Positions 9,772 through 22,900 of a stretch of DNA of 64,000 bases are shown one piece after another. The position numbers and the translations under genes are program-made. This stretch comes from Octopus sinensis (lineage: Eukaryota). The notes under the pieces were generated by a model. The model was not told the DNA's origin, searched no databases, and saw only the letters and a program-made list of their open reading frames with translations. Position 1 is the first letter of the stretch; the number at the start of each line of letters is the position of its first letter. The stretch spans positions 47,802,001 through 47,866,000 of the forward strand of contig NC_043010.1 of NCBI RefSeq assembly GCF_006345805.1, read 5' to 3'.

Positions 9772-12700
9772 CTATAAATTGTAAATAAAAATAGGATATA
9801 ATGAAATATGATGTACAACAATACTTGATCAGTGAGAGACAGACAGAGAGAAGCTTCAAGTTAGAACCTAGGGGTACGTTTGTATTTTCAACATTGCAGT
9901 AGGCCAAGTCTAGTGGAAGGAAAATTATAATGAACAAACCTATATAGGAAGCTGGCAGAATTGTTACAGTGTCAGAAAAATGTTTTTGAATTTACTCCAA
10001 TGATAGGTATTTACCATCTAAACCAAACAAAATCACTAGCCACACAACCTGATAATGATAGCAAGCAAATCTTCACAATATCGCCTAATGTCTTTAAATA
10101 AAGGACACATTGGATTATATAGTTTAGATACACTCTGCCCGTAAAAACATTTGATCATAGGTTTGCTAGATCAGGAATAACCTGGGGCTCAACAGCGGCA
10201 GAAAAAAAGAAAGTAAAATACATGGGTATGGGGGTATTTTGAAAATACCTCATGAAGCAACAACCATGTCTTGCATAATTATGGGTTACCTTTTGGCAAG
10301 GTGTAGCACCCACATTCAGCCTGTCAAGGATACAGCAAAATCATGGGACTGCAACATGGCAGATTGCGAAGAGGTGGTGGAAGAGCTCAATTGAGCCAAC
10401 AGTGCTTCATACATTGATGTGGGGTGGAGAAATCCTAGAAGACCAACGGTCAGGACCACCAAGCTCTATCAAGAGAGTGTAACTGCAATGCATCCCGGGG
10501 AGTGGGTGGGCAGTATATACAGTTGAGTAATCAGCTAGTGAAAGATTTATTATGACTCAAGATCTCAATTCAAATTCATAATAATGGAGTTGGATGGCGA
10601 CAGAGAGTCATGAAAGCAGCATGACCAAAGAGAAGAGATGAATGGCTACCAATGGACATGTTTACAAAGTCAGAAAACAGCACAGCTCCCCTGACTTTCG
10701 GAAACATTTTTTCATGCTAAGAGTTGCTTAACCCTTTCGTTACTATATTTCTGACCAAAATACACCCCTTATGTGTTTCAATTAATTTCTAACGTAATCA
10801 TAAATTTAGTCTGGTTTCATTAAACAACAATAACTTTTTTATTTATCAATATATTAACGTGAATTTTGGAAGATAATTTAATGAAATGTTCTCAACCAAT
10901 TCTATACTATAATTTTTGTCACAAAGTGACTCTAATTGCAGGTAGATACAGGTAAATTCCACAAAATATAAAATTATTAAAATTTTGTTCAAACATCGCT
11001 ATAGAAAATGGGTTATTAGCTAATATTCAATTGGGTATACAACAAAATTTTACGATAGAATTTGTTATTCTGGGTAACTTTCTGATACCCATAATAATAT
11101 TTATGGCAAAATAGTCTTAATTTCATTTAAGGTTGTGGGAAACCACTTTCTTTCGTTTTGTTTACATTCAGCGTAACGGTTCGTTTCCGCCGTAATGATT
11201 TCAAATAGGCTCATTCGAAAAAGTAAAAAGAAATAGTCTAAGGCTTTACTCTTCTGGGAAAGTCTGTGGCTTGGTCCAGTTTCTTCAGAAAAATCACCGA
11301 AAGAAACAGTTTTTAAATTTTCACTCCATTCGGGTGCCAATTCATTTTCTTTATTGCTGTCGGAGCTCTCGGATTCACTGTTTTCACTTTCGGAAAATGA
11401 AGCATCAGATTCATTATCAAATACCACATGCTTTTTTTTTTCAGTCATAGAGTTAGATTTATGAAGGTCTTCAGTAGAAAATCCTTCGAATTCTGACTCG
11501 CTGCTTGATATAATGAAATTCGTATTCATTTTTTGTCAGAATTACAAATTTTGAAAACACAATAGGAACAAATTTCGGAAAAAATCTCCCAAAATTCACG
11601 GAATTAAAATTACACTTCGATTGTTGTACAAAACTGTAGTTGAACTGTTTACGAAATATAATACGTGTTTTCACGAATGTACTAAAGAGATTTGCTCTGA
11701 TATTCTCATTTAAATATGAACAGGTAAATTCGGGCGGTTTGGTATCGAAAGGGTTAAGTATGGAACAAACTGCCGGCATCAGTTGTTAAGTTGTCGGAGC
11801 ACTGCATCCTTCAAAACTTCCATGCTTCCTGAGATTCACCAACACTACACCTGATTTTCTCCCCTCCACACACATGCAAGCAGGTATCTGACTTGTACAC
11901 TGTTCACTTTCCAGACATTTGTACATTACTGCATATGCTTTATACACACTTTTGACAAGTTGTGGTGCACCTGAGCACTGTATCCAATAATTTCATTATT
12001 ATTATTTTAAGAAGCTCATAGACCAGATATATTTTGTGTTAGAGGTCCACAGGCACCTTTATTTAATTTACAACAACACATGCAACTTTGCTGAGTTTCA
12101 AATCATAAACATTGTAATAGCGTGTTGAAAGAAGAAGAGAAGGAGAGGTAAAAAGTAGTTAATATTCCATATATTACCAAAGACTTTCTGAAGTTGCTCA
12201 TCACAAATCATGAACTGTTTGTTTTTAGGATCCTGAAAGAGAAATTGAAAATACATTAATTATGCCTAACATTTAAAACACACGTTCCCTGAAGTTGATA
12301 AACTAAATGGCTAAAGCATTATTGAGTAACAAATTCAGAAAGAGTTTAATTGAATTACAACAGACAAGTAGATATATGATTTCAGTTTATTATTGGATTA
12401 TTGTTTCAAGTTATGGTATTACAAGCTCCACATCTTGTTCTTGATGCTTAAGATAACAGACATTTATTTCAACAGAAGATTAATTCTGCCAGTTTGCATA
12501 ACAGTCCTGACTAAGATACATAATTTTTTCTACTCTAGGCACAAGGCCCGAAATTTTGGGGAAGGGGGTCCAGTCGATTAGGTTGACCTCAGTTTGCAAC
12601 TGGTACTTAATTTATCAATCCTGAAAGGATGAAAGGCAAAGTCGACCTCGGCAGAATTTGAACTCAGAATGTAAAGACAGGCGAAATACAGCTAGGCGTT

Positions 12701-13843
12701 TCGCTTGGCGTGCTTATGTTTCTACCAGCTCACTGCCATGACAAAGATACATAATTTTTACTCTCTTAGTCAATATAAGTAATTCAGAGAGACTATTCAT
12801 TACTGTAAACAGTGGGTATGACATTTAACTCAATTAGTATTTGATTAGCTAGTAATGTGAATCATCTGACAGGTCTAAAGAAATCAATAGGAAACAATTG
12901 TTTCTTCCCAAGTAAATTAAATTTCATCTACAAGATTGCCTTCAAGTCTGTTTATCTGAGGATGTGCTCCATGTTAGTAAGTTAAGACAATGAGATATTT
13001 AAAAAAAGAAAACAGTTAAGGCATTAACCTTCTTTACAGATTGCAAAAATGTTGAACAGAGCTTGGAAAAGATATAAATACTTACTTCAAGTTCTCTTTC
13101 TTTGACTATTTTCCACATACTTTTGACAACATCTTTCCTTGCCATCTAAAAATAATGAATAAAAGACAATATCAACCAGAGTAGTAACAATAAAAATTAG
13201 AAACAAACTGCAGTGATATCTCAAAAACACTGATGTCAAACTCTTGAATTCCCAAATATGTTTCCCCCAGCTTTAACAAGAATTCACTGTCTTGTCTAAA
13301 TGTCACTGTACCAAGCTATATTCTGTTCAACAATTATATTTGAAACACTAAAGATTATTACTTCTTATGTTAACATAATCCATAGATAGGAAAGAACTTA
13401 ACAGCAGTAAAATACTTGCAGCAACAATTTGTACACATCACAATCAAATTTCCAGAAATATACTCAAATGAATAACAGATGAAGAGTGAGATGTAAATGC
13501 AGTATCTTGGAAGAAAACATTTGTCCTACTTACTCTGTCTGTTCCCATAACAACTGCTAATTCACCAGATAATATACATGGCTTGCTGTAAATAGACACT
13601 CGGGCTGTGAAGTAGAACATAAAACAGAAAATTAAAATAGTGATTTCATGTAAAATAAGATTTGCTAAACTATGTATTAGAAAGAATGGGTTAAGGTTAA
13701 TGGTTCAAACTTGGTCACTGACATTAATTTCTACATTTACAAAGACTAGGGATTTTTTTAAGGATCATTGCATATTCCACAACATGGGACTATATTGAAG
13801 GCTCTATCTTCAAACAGAGTAGAAAAAGATAATCAGCTGTGTG

Positions 13844-13917
<74 letters not shown>

Positions 13918-16900
13918 CTGTGATAATTAGGTGTGAAGAAAATGTGGGAATTACAATATATTTATACCATTCCCAAGAACTTGAGTGAGGCAAATGCAGT
14001 GAAGGTACCAAGAACTGAAACCAGTTCACAAACAGCTTGATGGACTTGTTCAAGTCCAATTAAAAGGCAAACTAATGAAAATGAGAAGTTGAGTTGACTG
14101 GTCTTGGAAATTCAGATATTTTTAGGAGTTCAGTTTTATTACATGCATTTCATATCATCTTCAGCAGTATCAATAACATTGCTTAAACCATCAGGTTTTT
14201 AAGATGTCACCAGAGAACATCACTTCTCATGTTGAAATACAATGAAGACAGAATTTCAGGCAATGAGAACATTTCAGCTCAAAACAGCCAAGCCAAAAAG
14301 GCCACATGTCTACAATGACAAATTGTGCTCTACCATGGAATATATATCATCATCTTCATCATTTTAACATCTTGCCCAGGATATTAATCGTCTGGAAGCC
14401 GTTCAGCGACATACAACCAAGAGAATACCCTCCATCAGGCATTTGCCATATTCTGAATGCCTTACTTCCCTGGGCATGGATACATTGAAACTCCGACGTC
14501 TGGCAGCTGACTTGGCAGACACCCATAAAATTATTAACCATCTTACTTACAATAACTCTGAGCACCTTTTCAAACTCCATCTGTCTAACACCCATGGACA
14601 TGTTTACAAAGTCAGAAAACAGCACAGCTCCCATGACTTTCGGAAACATTTTTTCACGCTAAGAATTGCTGAAGTATGGAACAAACTGCCGGCATCAGTT
14701 GTTAGTTGTCGGAGCACTGCATCCTTCAAAACTACCATGCTTCCTGAGATTCGCCAACACTACACCTGATTTTCTCCCCTCCATACACACTCAAGCATGT
14801 ATCTGACTCAAACACTGTTCACTTTCCAGACATTTGTACATTACTGCATATGCTTTATACGCACTTTTGACAAGTTGTGGTACACCTGAGCACTGTATAC
14901 AATAATTTCATTATTATATTATTATTATTATGAGTCAGAATTCAATGAGGCAGATTGTTTTACAGCCAGATGCCCTGTTACCAACACTTATCTTTTTCTA
15001 AGCAAAGTAATGTTTTCCCATAACTAAATGTTTTTCATAGAAAACTGGAAACAACATTGCTTCGTTTCTAACCATCTGATGAGGTCAAAACGAGGGAACA
15101 CAGATACACACATATTGTTTTGCACAGTACAGTGGAGTGGGTTCTTGAAAGTTTAATAATTTCTTAGCGTTGTCATGTATTTATATTCAATTTTTGAAAA
15201 TTTGGGAATGATATAAAGTCGTTTTTGACCGATTGGAGTGTTTATTCATTATACCTTTTCGATTTATTTCTTCTTCTGCCTTGGTGTCACCTCAGCACTT
15301 CCAGTTGCAGTCCTATTTTTATTTTTGTTCTTTAGTTTAATGAAATTACATTTCGGTTTAACGAAGTTATAAAATCATCCTCTTATTTATATGTGTGCGT
15401 GTGTATAAACACAAACAAACAAGCATCCATTTATGAGGTATCTTCCAACGTCTAATAACTTAAAAGTTTGATAACGAACCAGACAGACAGTTTCTAGGGT
15501 TCTATTTTAAGGATTAAAATCTTTAAATGCAATTAGATATTTAGCATATGTTTATGTTTATCTCAACATAAATGTAATTACAAACATTCACATGTGTGTA
15601 ATTTGAAACAGGAAAGTACAACTGTGTATAACATACCTTTTCCATCTTTTTGTTTTCTTTCTTTTTTAGGAGGTGCCTGGAAAAAACAAGGGTGTTAAAT
15701 GAAGTAAACAGTAATTAGAATTTCAACTACATTTCCAGAAAACGCATTTTTTTTTTGTTTGTTTGCTTAGAGAAGGAAGTCCCTCATCCTGTCACTGAAA
15801 AAAAATCTTAATTGCAACATATGGATAACATCTTGTCTAAAATTATCCTTGTCAGAGCTAAAGAATAGTGAAGTACATAAAAACATTTAATCAGTGTCAG
15901 CTCACTGAGTGATTGAGCAAGGGAAAAAGAGAGGGCTCTAAGAAATATGATGAGTGAGAGAGAGGGTGGGGACAGTGCAGCATTATCATTTTCCTCATTG
16001 TTTTAGCATCCACTTTTCTATGTCTGCATGGGTTAGGTGGAATTTGTTGAAGTAGATCTTTTATGGCTAGATGCTCTTCCTGTTGCCAATCCTCACTGCA
16101 AGAGGATAGGAGATGTGTGGTTGGATAGATTATAAGAGTGAGAGGTGGGAAGTATACACACATACGGATGTATATATGTATCTGTATAAAGATGTGTACG
16201 TATAGGCAAGTAAATATACATGTGTGTGCACATGTATGGCAGTGTGTGTGTATGTAAATATATGCATATGGATATGTATGTATTTATATATGAATATATG
16301 TGCATCTATCTTGGTCTATGTCTATCTCCCTCTCTTTAGGTGCCATGCCTACAGACATTGGTAGTCATGGACATTCATGCTGTTAGATGTTTCATCATGT
16401 GTCTTACTAAAAATACAGTAGTAGTTTCTGTTGTTTTCCGGCAATATATTTACTCCTTGCTTTACCCATCCCCTCTTCCAAGCTTACTGTTGAGGCACAG
16501 GGACTATTTATCCCTAAGACAAGGGGGGTCTGGTTTGTCACATCAGTGTACATTCATACACAAAATTTAGCTTGTGGCATGTGACAGGGGACTGGCTCTC
16601 CTTCAAGTTCTTCATCGCTATCTTTTGCTATGTAACCCATAAATGAGAAAGCAAGGTGAAGGTTGGTGACAGGAAGGGCGTCCACCTGTAAAAAATCTCC
16701 TTCAACAAATTCCGTGTAACTCACACAAGCATGAAAAAGTGAATGCTAAAATGATGAAATGCATGTATATAAATACATATACAGACATACAAAAACACAT
16801 GTGTATGTGTGTGTTTATGTACATATGTTATATATACATACATTTCCAATTGTTATTACGTCTGTTTTCCTCATACGAGCATGGGTTGGATTAATATCCT

Positions 16901-19900
16901 ATTGAGGCATTGTTTTATAGTCAGATGTTTTTCCTGTCACTAACCCATACCAGTTTTCAAGTCAGAGGGCTCTTATTTCACATGTCTTTTAAGCATGAAG
17001 CAAATAGATTTGTTGACAAAAGTGACAAGGAAATTGCTCATAGCATCTCTATTTTGTAGAGTGCAAATCCAAACAAACATACAGATGTACATATGTGCAC
17101 ACACATCATATCATCACCACCATTTAACATCCGTTTTCCATGCTGGCATGGACCAGACAGGAGCTAGTGAGCCATAGGACAGCATCAAGCTCCACTGTCG
17201 CATGCTTGCATAGGTCAGCTGGAATTTGTTGGGGCAGATTTTCTATGGCCAGACACCATTTCTGTTGCCAACCCTCACCAGTTTCCAAGCAAAGTAATGC
17301 TTTTTTTCAATAGCTAGATATGTTACAAGTCACCCTGCAGTATATCTGAATACCTCACACACAAGCATGTTATCAAACACTATATCTACTTTTTCATATC
17401 TTTTACAAATATTAATTGTATCATCACAATACAATGCACAATTCTCTCAACCTACTGCAACAACATCAAAACAAGACAGGTGAAACTTTAACAGAAGATC
17501 AACAAATATATTTTATATCAGGCATGGGCAACCTTTTACAAGTGGGCAGCATGAGATCTGCATCAGCATCAGGCAGGACACACTAATATAATTCAAGGTA
17601 ATTTTTTGTTAGGCATGCCATTCAGAAAGTCCTACATATCACAGTTTTATAACAAGACACAGAGATAACAAACACTGAAGTGTCATCATTATGGAATAAA
17701 ATAAATATTCATTTTTCTCAATTGATGCAATTCTTTCTCACAACTACTTCTACAGTAATACTGCTGACGCAGAGGCCAAATTATTCTCCATTCTGATTTT
17801 ATTTTCAACCACCTGTATTTCTGACCAACTTACCAATTCTCCAAATTCAATCTTTATTCAGCCATTACTTTTTGTTCCTCTTTAAGGCTGTCCAACTACT
17901 TACATAAAAAGACTCATCTTTGTACCACACAACTCCTGCCACTGAAACAACTGGCACTAAGTTATTTACTAGTCAGCTTTCAACCAGTTCTATACTTGAA
18001 TGCTAGCTTCTTGGTAGGAAATATATCTCACTTTTGACCCAACACAACTGACCAATACCATTATCTAATATATCCCTCCACATCCATCACACAACTAAAT
18101 TCCACAAATACCAGTGGTTCATGCACAGCTGCACAGTAGGTGTACAAGTGAAAAAACATTATTCACAGGTCACTCACCTTACCAGCACAACACCTGCAAG
18201 ACAACCATTAGAAAAGCAAAGAATATCTTTGTTTTACAATCTGATATGTTTTCACTCATCAACAATTTTGCAGTATCTCCTTACCCAACTTACCTCAATT
18301 CCTAAACCAAGATAGCTCTTGACATAGCACTTCTGCAGATAAGGTAACTGTATTTGTGATCTTTCTTTTTTTATCCATTTCAGATGCACACATACAAATA
18401 AAATTCCTTACCAATCATTCTTATCTACTCTACCATTCTCATAATCACACACACACACACATACATTTACCATATTTGAGATTCTTCAATTACTCCAGCC
18501 CAACAAAACTAGTAGCCCTGATAGTGTCCTTTCTATGACCATTAAAGAATACCCTTCACTACAAATTCGTTAAATTCACCAAATTCAGTTACTGTTCACA
18601 CTTTACAAGTATTTGTGAGAAAGATGCTTCCATATATCCTATTCCCAAGAATAAAATCTGCTCTAACCCTACTGATTACTACCCTAGATACTTCTGAAAA
18701 GACATGATAGGCATGGTTAGAATATTTTTGATTGCAGGTTGACACGGGAATAGACAACTACTTGCTTCACCATCTTAGGTATCTCATTCTTCTTAGAGAC
18801 CATAATTTCAAAAGATAACTACCACAAATTTCTTCTCCAGTGGTCCCACAAGACCTTGTGAAATTTGATAAAACCAATGTTGTTGCCTTTATATCAGCAA
18901 AACCTTCAACTATGTCTGTTATGAGGACCTAGAAAAATTCTAACAATGCGCTTAAGCTATTGTCTCTTAAATCGGTAGTAATTTCCTCTCACTATGCTGT
19001 CTCATTGTAGCATGCATTGACAGACCTTTCTCCAACCATAGACTACAACTTCAGAGTATTCCAAGGATCTTGTCCTTCTTCCCATACTTAATCTAATTGT
19101 ATTAAATGTCTACTCCTACAATCCTTCATTCCTCTTTAAACTTTTTACAACCAATGTAGACATACGGCGGTGCATCAGCATGGCCGCAGCTCTGAGCTGA
19201 AACTAGAAAAAAAAAAAAAAATACCATGCCAGATATACATTTCTATCAAGAAAACAGAAATCTCTTTCAATTGAGACAACATCAAACTACAATCCTGTAG
19301 ATATCAAGTAAACAGTCTTCTACTACACACTATGTTTGAACAACACACACATAACCTACAAAGTCACTACAAATGTTAGGCTCCAATCTTTTACATAAGG
19401 TTATCAAATGTACATCACAAGGATTAAGTATTTCACAAAAGGGAAAATACTTCAGCTCTGATCAGTGGCTGAATGAATAAGGATTACATATGATACATGC
19501 TAAAATATTAATCACATATTAAGCAGCTGCATCACACACAAACATCCTATACTACTTTCAAAAGAAAGCCATTCAGCTGATTAGCAAGTCATTTACTAAC
19601 GTGCTACAATTACTGGCTCTCAGACATAATTCTTTTCTCTGCCTTTTCAATCACAATTACAACAGCCTTTGTTCCTCTAAATCAATGGTTCTCAACCATT
19701 TTTGCTGATGGACTCCTTTGATTACTCTTCTGTTCTGGTGGACCCTCATAGTTATTTGATGTTTAAAAACAAATTTTATAGAGACTCCTTTCAAAATTTC
19801 TATTTTGTTATTCATTTATTCACTTGTAGAGGTAGAATGATGTAAAATGTTAGAGAAAGAAACCTAGCTGTTTCTTGCAACAGATACATTTAAATCAAAA

Positions 19901-22900
19901 CTTTTCATGGACCCTTAAAATACTACTGTAGATCTCCAATTTATTATTTTCCTAGTGTGGACCCCCAACAATCTTTTTGGATCTCCACATGTCATCTAGA
20001 CCCTGATTGGGAACCACTGCTCTAAATTAATAAGTTGCGTCCCACCTTCACTCTGGCATACTCAACACACCAGCCTTTCTGTTCTTGGCCACCATGTCTT
20101 ATCCTATGGACACAGTTTAAATATTTTGCTCACTCATTTTTCAGAGATGTCTACATTTTATCTACTGCATCAACTTATAAAAGTTCAAATTAAACATCAA
20201 CCACAACACCACACTCTTACCAGTTTGTATGAGCCTAGAAAAATTAAGAGTGCCACACCACTTCCAACTTGGTACTATTAACAATAATTTCTTGGTAACG
20301 ATAATTTCTAACATATGCACGTAAAAAGCACCAACCGTTCGTGGCCGTTGCCAGCCTACCGTGGCACAGGACAGGTGCCGGTGGCACGTAAAAAGCACCA
20401 TCCGTATGTGGCTGATGCCAGCGCCACCATGACTGGCTTCCGTGCCGGTGGCACATAAAAAGCACCAACGGATCGTGGCCGTTGCCAGCCTCCCCTGGCA
20501 CGTAAAAAGCACCCACTACACTCACGCATTGGTTGGCGTTAGGAAGGGCATCCAGCTATAGAAACACTGCCAGATCAGACTGGAGCCTGGTGCAGCCTCC
20601 TGACTTCCCAGACCCCGGTCGTACCATCCAACCCATGCTAGCATGGAAAACAGATGTTAAACGATGGCGGTGGCGATGACGAGGATGATATGCACAAGCC
20701 AGAAATTCAGAGAGCAAGAAGGGATAATCAATTAAACATTCCCCAAGCACCTCAATGGAAATTTATTTCGTCAACTCTGAAAGGATAAAAGGCAAGGGTG
20801 ATCTTGGCACAATTAGCTTCGTCTTTCATCCGTCCAGGAATAATAGTGACAAAAGTAATTTCAAAGAAATTACTTTGCTAATTTTTATGCACGGATATGA
20901 AAGTTCAGATTTACAGAGGAAGAGGAGCAGCAAACTCTGGCTTCAAGAGATTCTAAATCACTAGTACAGTAAGTCGATATTCAGTAGTGACATATTAACC
21001 TTTCCATTTGAAAATTGTTACATAGATAAGACATAAAAATCAGTATGATACTGACTTTCTTGTTTTTCTTATACAGTGGAATGTCAGGAGAAGAAGAGTG
21101 CTAGACTATACACCTTAGATTGCATACTTTCATTACCCTACAAATCTGGTACTTATTCTCTCACCAGGATTGTTAAAATAAAATTCAATCCACTACATAC
21201 CCTTCCCTAAAAATATGTCACTTTGTATCAAGATAAAAAAAAAAATCAATATATCTTTATTTTCTGACTCAAGAAGACGAAGTGGCCTAGTGGTTAAGGC
21301 TAATCCATTGGGGTCTCGCCATGTGAGTTCAAATCTCATCCTCATCAGTTACGTTTTTATTTAATTACGCATTTAGGCGTAGGAGTGGCTGTGTGGTAAG
21401 TAGCTTGCTTATGAACTACATGGTTCCGGGTTCTATATATATAGCCTCGGACCAACCAAAGCCTTGTGAGTGGATTTGGTAGGCAGAAACTGAAAGAAGC
21501 CCATTGTATATATGTGTATGTGTGTGTGTGTGTGTTTGTCCCCACAATATCGCTTGACAACCGATGCTGGTGTGTTTACGTCCCCATAACTTAGCGGTTT
21601 GGCAAAAGAGACCGATAGAATAAGTACTAGGTTTACAAAGAATAAGTCCTGGGGTTGATTTGCTCAACTAAAAGCGGTGCTCCAGCATGGCCACAGTCAC
21701 ATGACTGAAACAAGTAAAAGAGTAAGTGTATAAGTGTCAATTGCTTGACTTCTACTAATCTCTCTGATAAAGAGATTTTATTAAACTGTTAGAATTCTTG
21801 TCCCTCTACAGTAGACAAGCTTATCTAAATTCACAAACTTCTTTACATAACACTGTGTAACATGATTTTTGTTCTTGGGTAGCAACTGTTATTTCCTATT
21901 GGCTTATTCCTAAAAAGTATTAAAAATGGCTAACATTTCCTTTAAAGTTTGCTTTTGTGACATTTGTTCAAACCCCAAAGAATTCCTCTCAACACATGGC
22001 TATGATGCTTCCCCACTACTCCTGCTCATGATCAGAGATGCACATATTGTCAGCCACTAAGGGACATGTTCAAGTGTTTAAAGTCAAGCAACTGACAAGA
22101 AAATCTGTGATACTGAGCAGAATATTTGCTATAACAATATTTCTGCTTCAGCAACTCAGTGCTGAATCTGTCTGAAATGTAATAGAAAATAGGTCAGTTT
22201 CAAAACATTGATATCCAGGTGAAAAAAAAACAAAGTTTGAAGGGCACGGTAATCATTTCCTTTGAGTTCAAGATACAAATAGGAAATAACACTTACTGAC
22301 CAATGATAAAAATTAAAATTTTGTTAGTGTAATTTTGCCCCATGCAAACCAACCCATAGTTTCTTCAGGCTGCTTTTAATTTAGTAATTCATATAAATTT
22401 TCATTTTTAACAGTGCAAAACTCAGCAAAAGTCAACCCAAATTTTGATTACGGCAAGAACAGCTGAAACCAAAATGTAATTATATACATCTTCAATAAAC
22501 TCGTTGGGAACATAATAATTAGAACAGTGCTGCTAACAACTGTCTTCAAAAAAAATTACAGAACTAACAATAAGAATTACAATACAAATAATTTCCATTA
22601 ACATAATGCTGTTAGCAAATGTGGACCTCAAGAGGTTATTAACTATTTCTGAAACAATATCATAAATATTACTTACTGGTGTTTTTTTAACAGATCTTGG
22701 CCGAGAACGGAAATTGTTTTCTTCTTCTTGAAGTTTCTTTGCTAATTCTTCATCGTCTAACTGAATTAAGAAGAAACATCAACTCAATGCTGTTAAATAA
22801 GTGTGAAATATATGAATTATTAATGTCAAACACTGGCTAATGTTACAAGAGATTGCTAATCTTAGCTCTTATGTAGAGAATAGAATATAATTTCGTTTCC

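Larger units (their letters stand above)
10649..12006 (+). mobile_element. CR1 LINE 3' end interrupted by the piggyBac element
   Basis: 10649..10731 and 11754..12006 rejoin to match the copy at 14575..14931. Confidence 0.85.

Noticed and set aside
15060-15105. Hammerhead-like CTGATGAG motif
   Set aside because: No GAAA or stem II/III; the sequence aligns to a decayed SINE family C body.
15255-15335. Purine-rich minus-strand stretch ending AAG|gtataa as a possible linker exon
   Set aside because: Stops in all three frames; the 15637..15676 exon already supplies the needed phase. More likely a DNA-transposon fragment (TA-CAGTGG end at about 15128).
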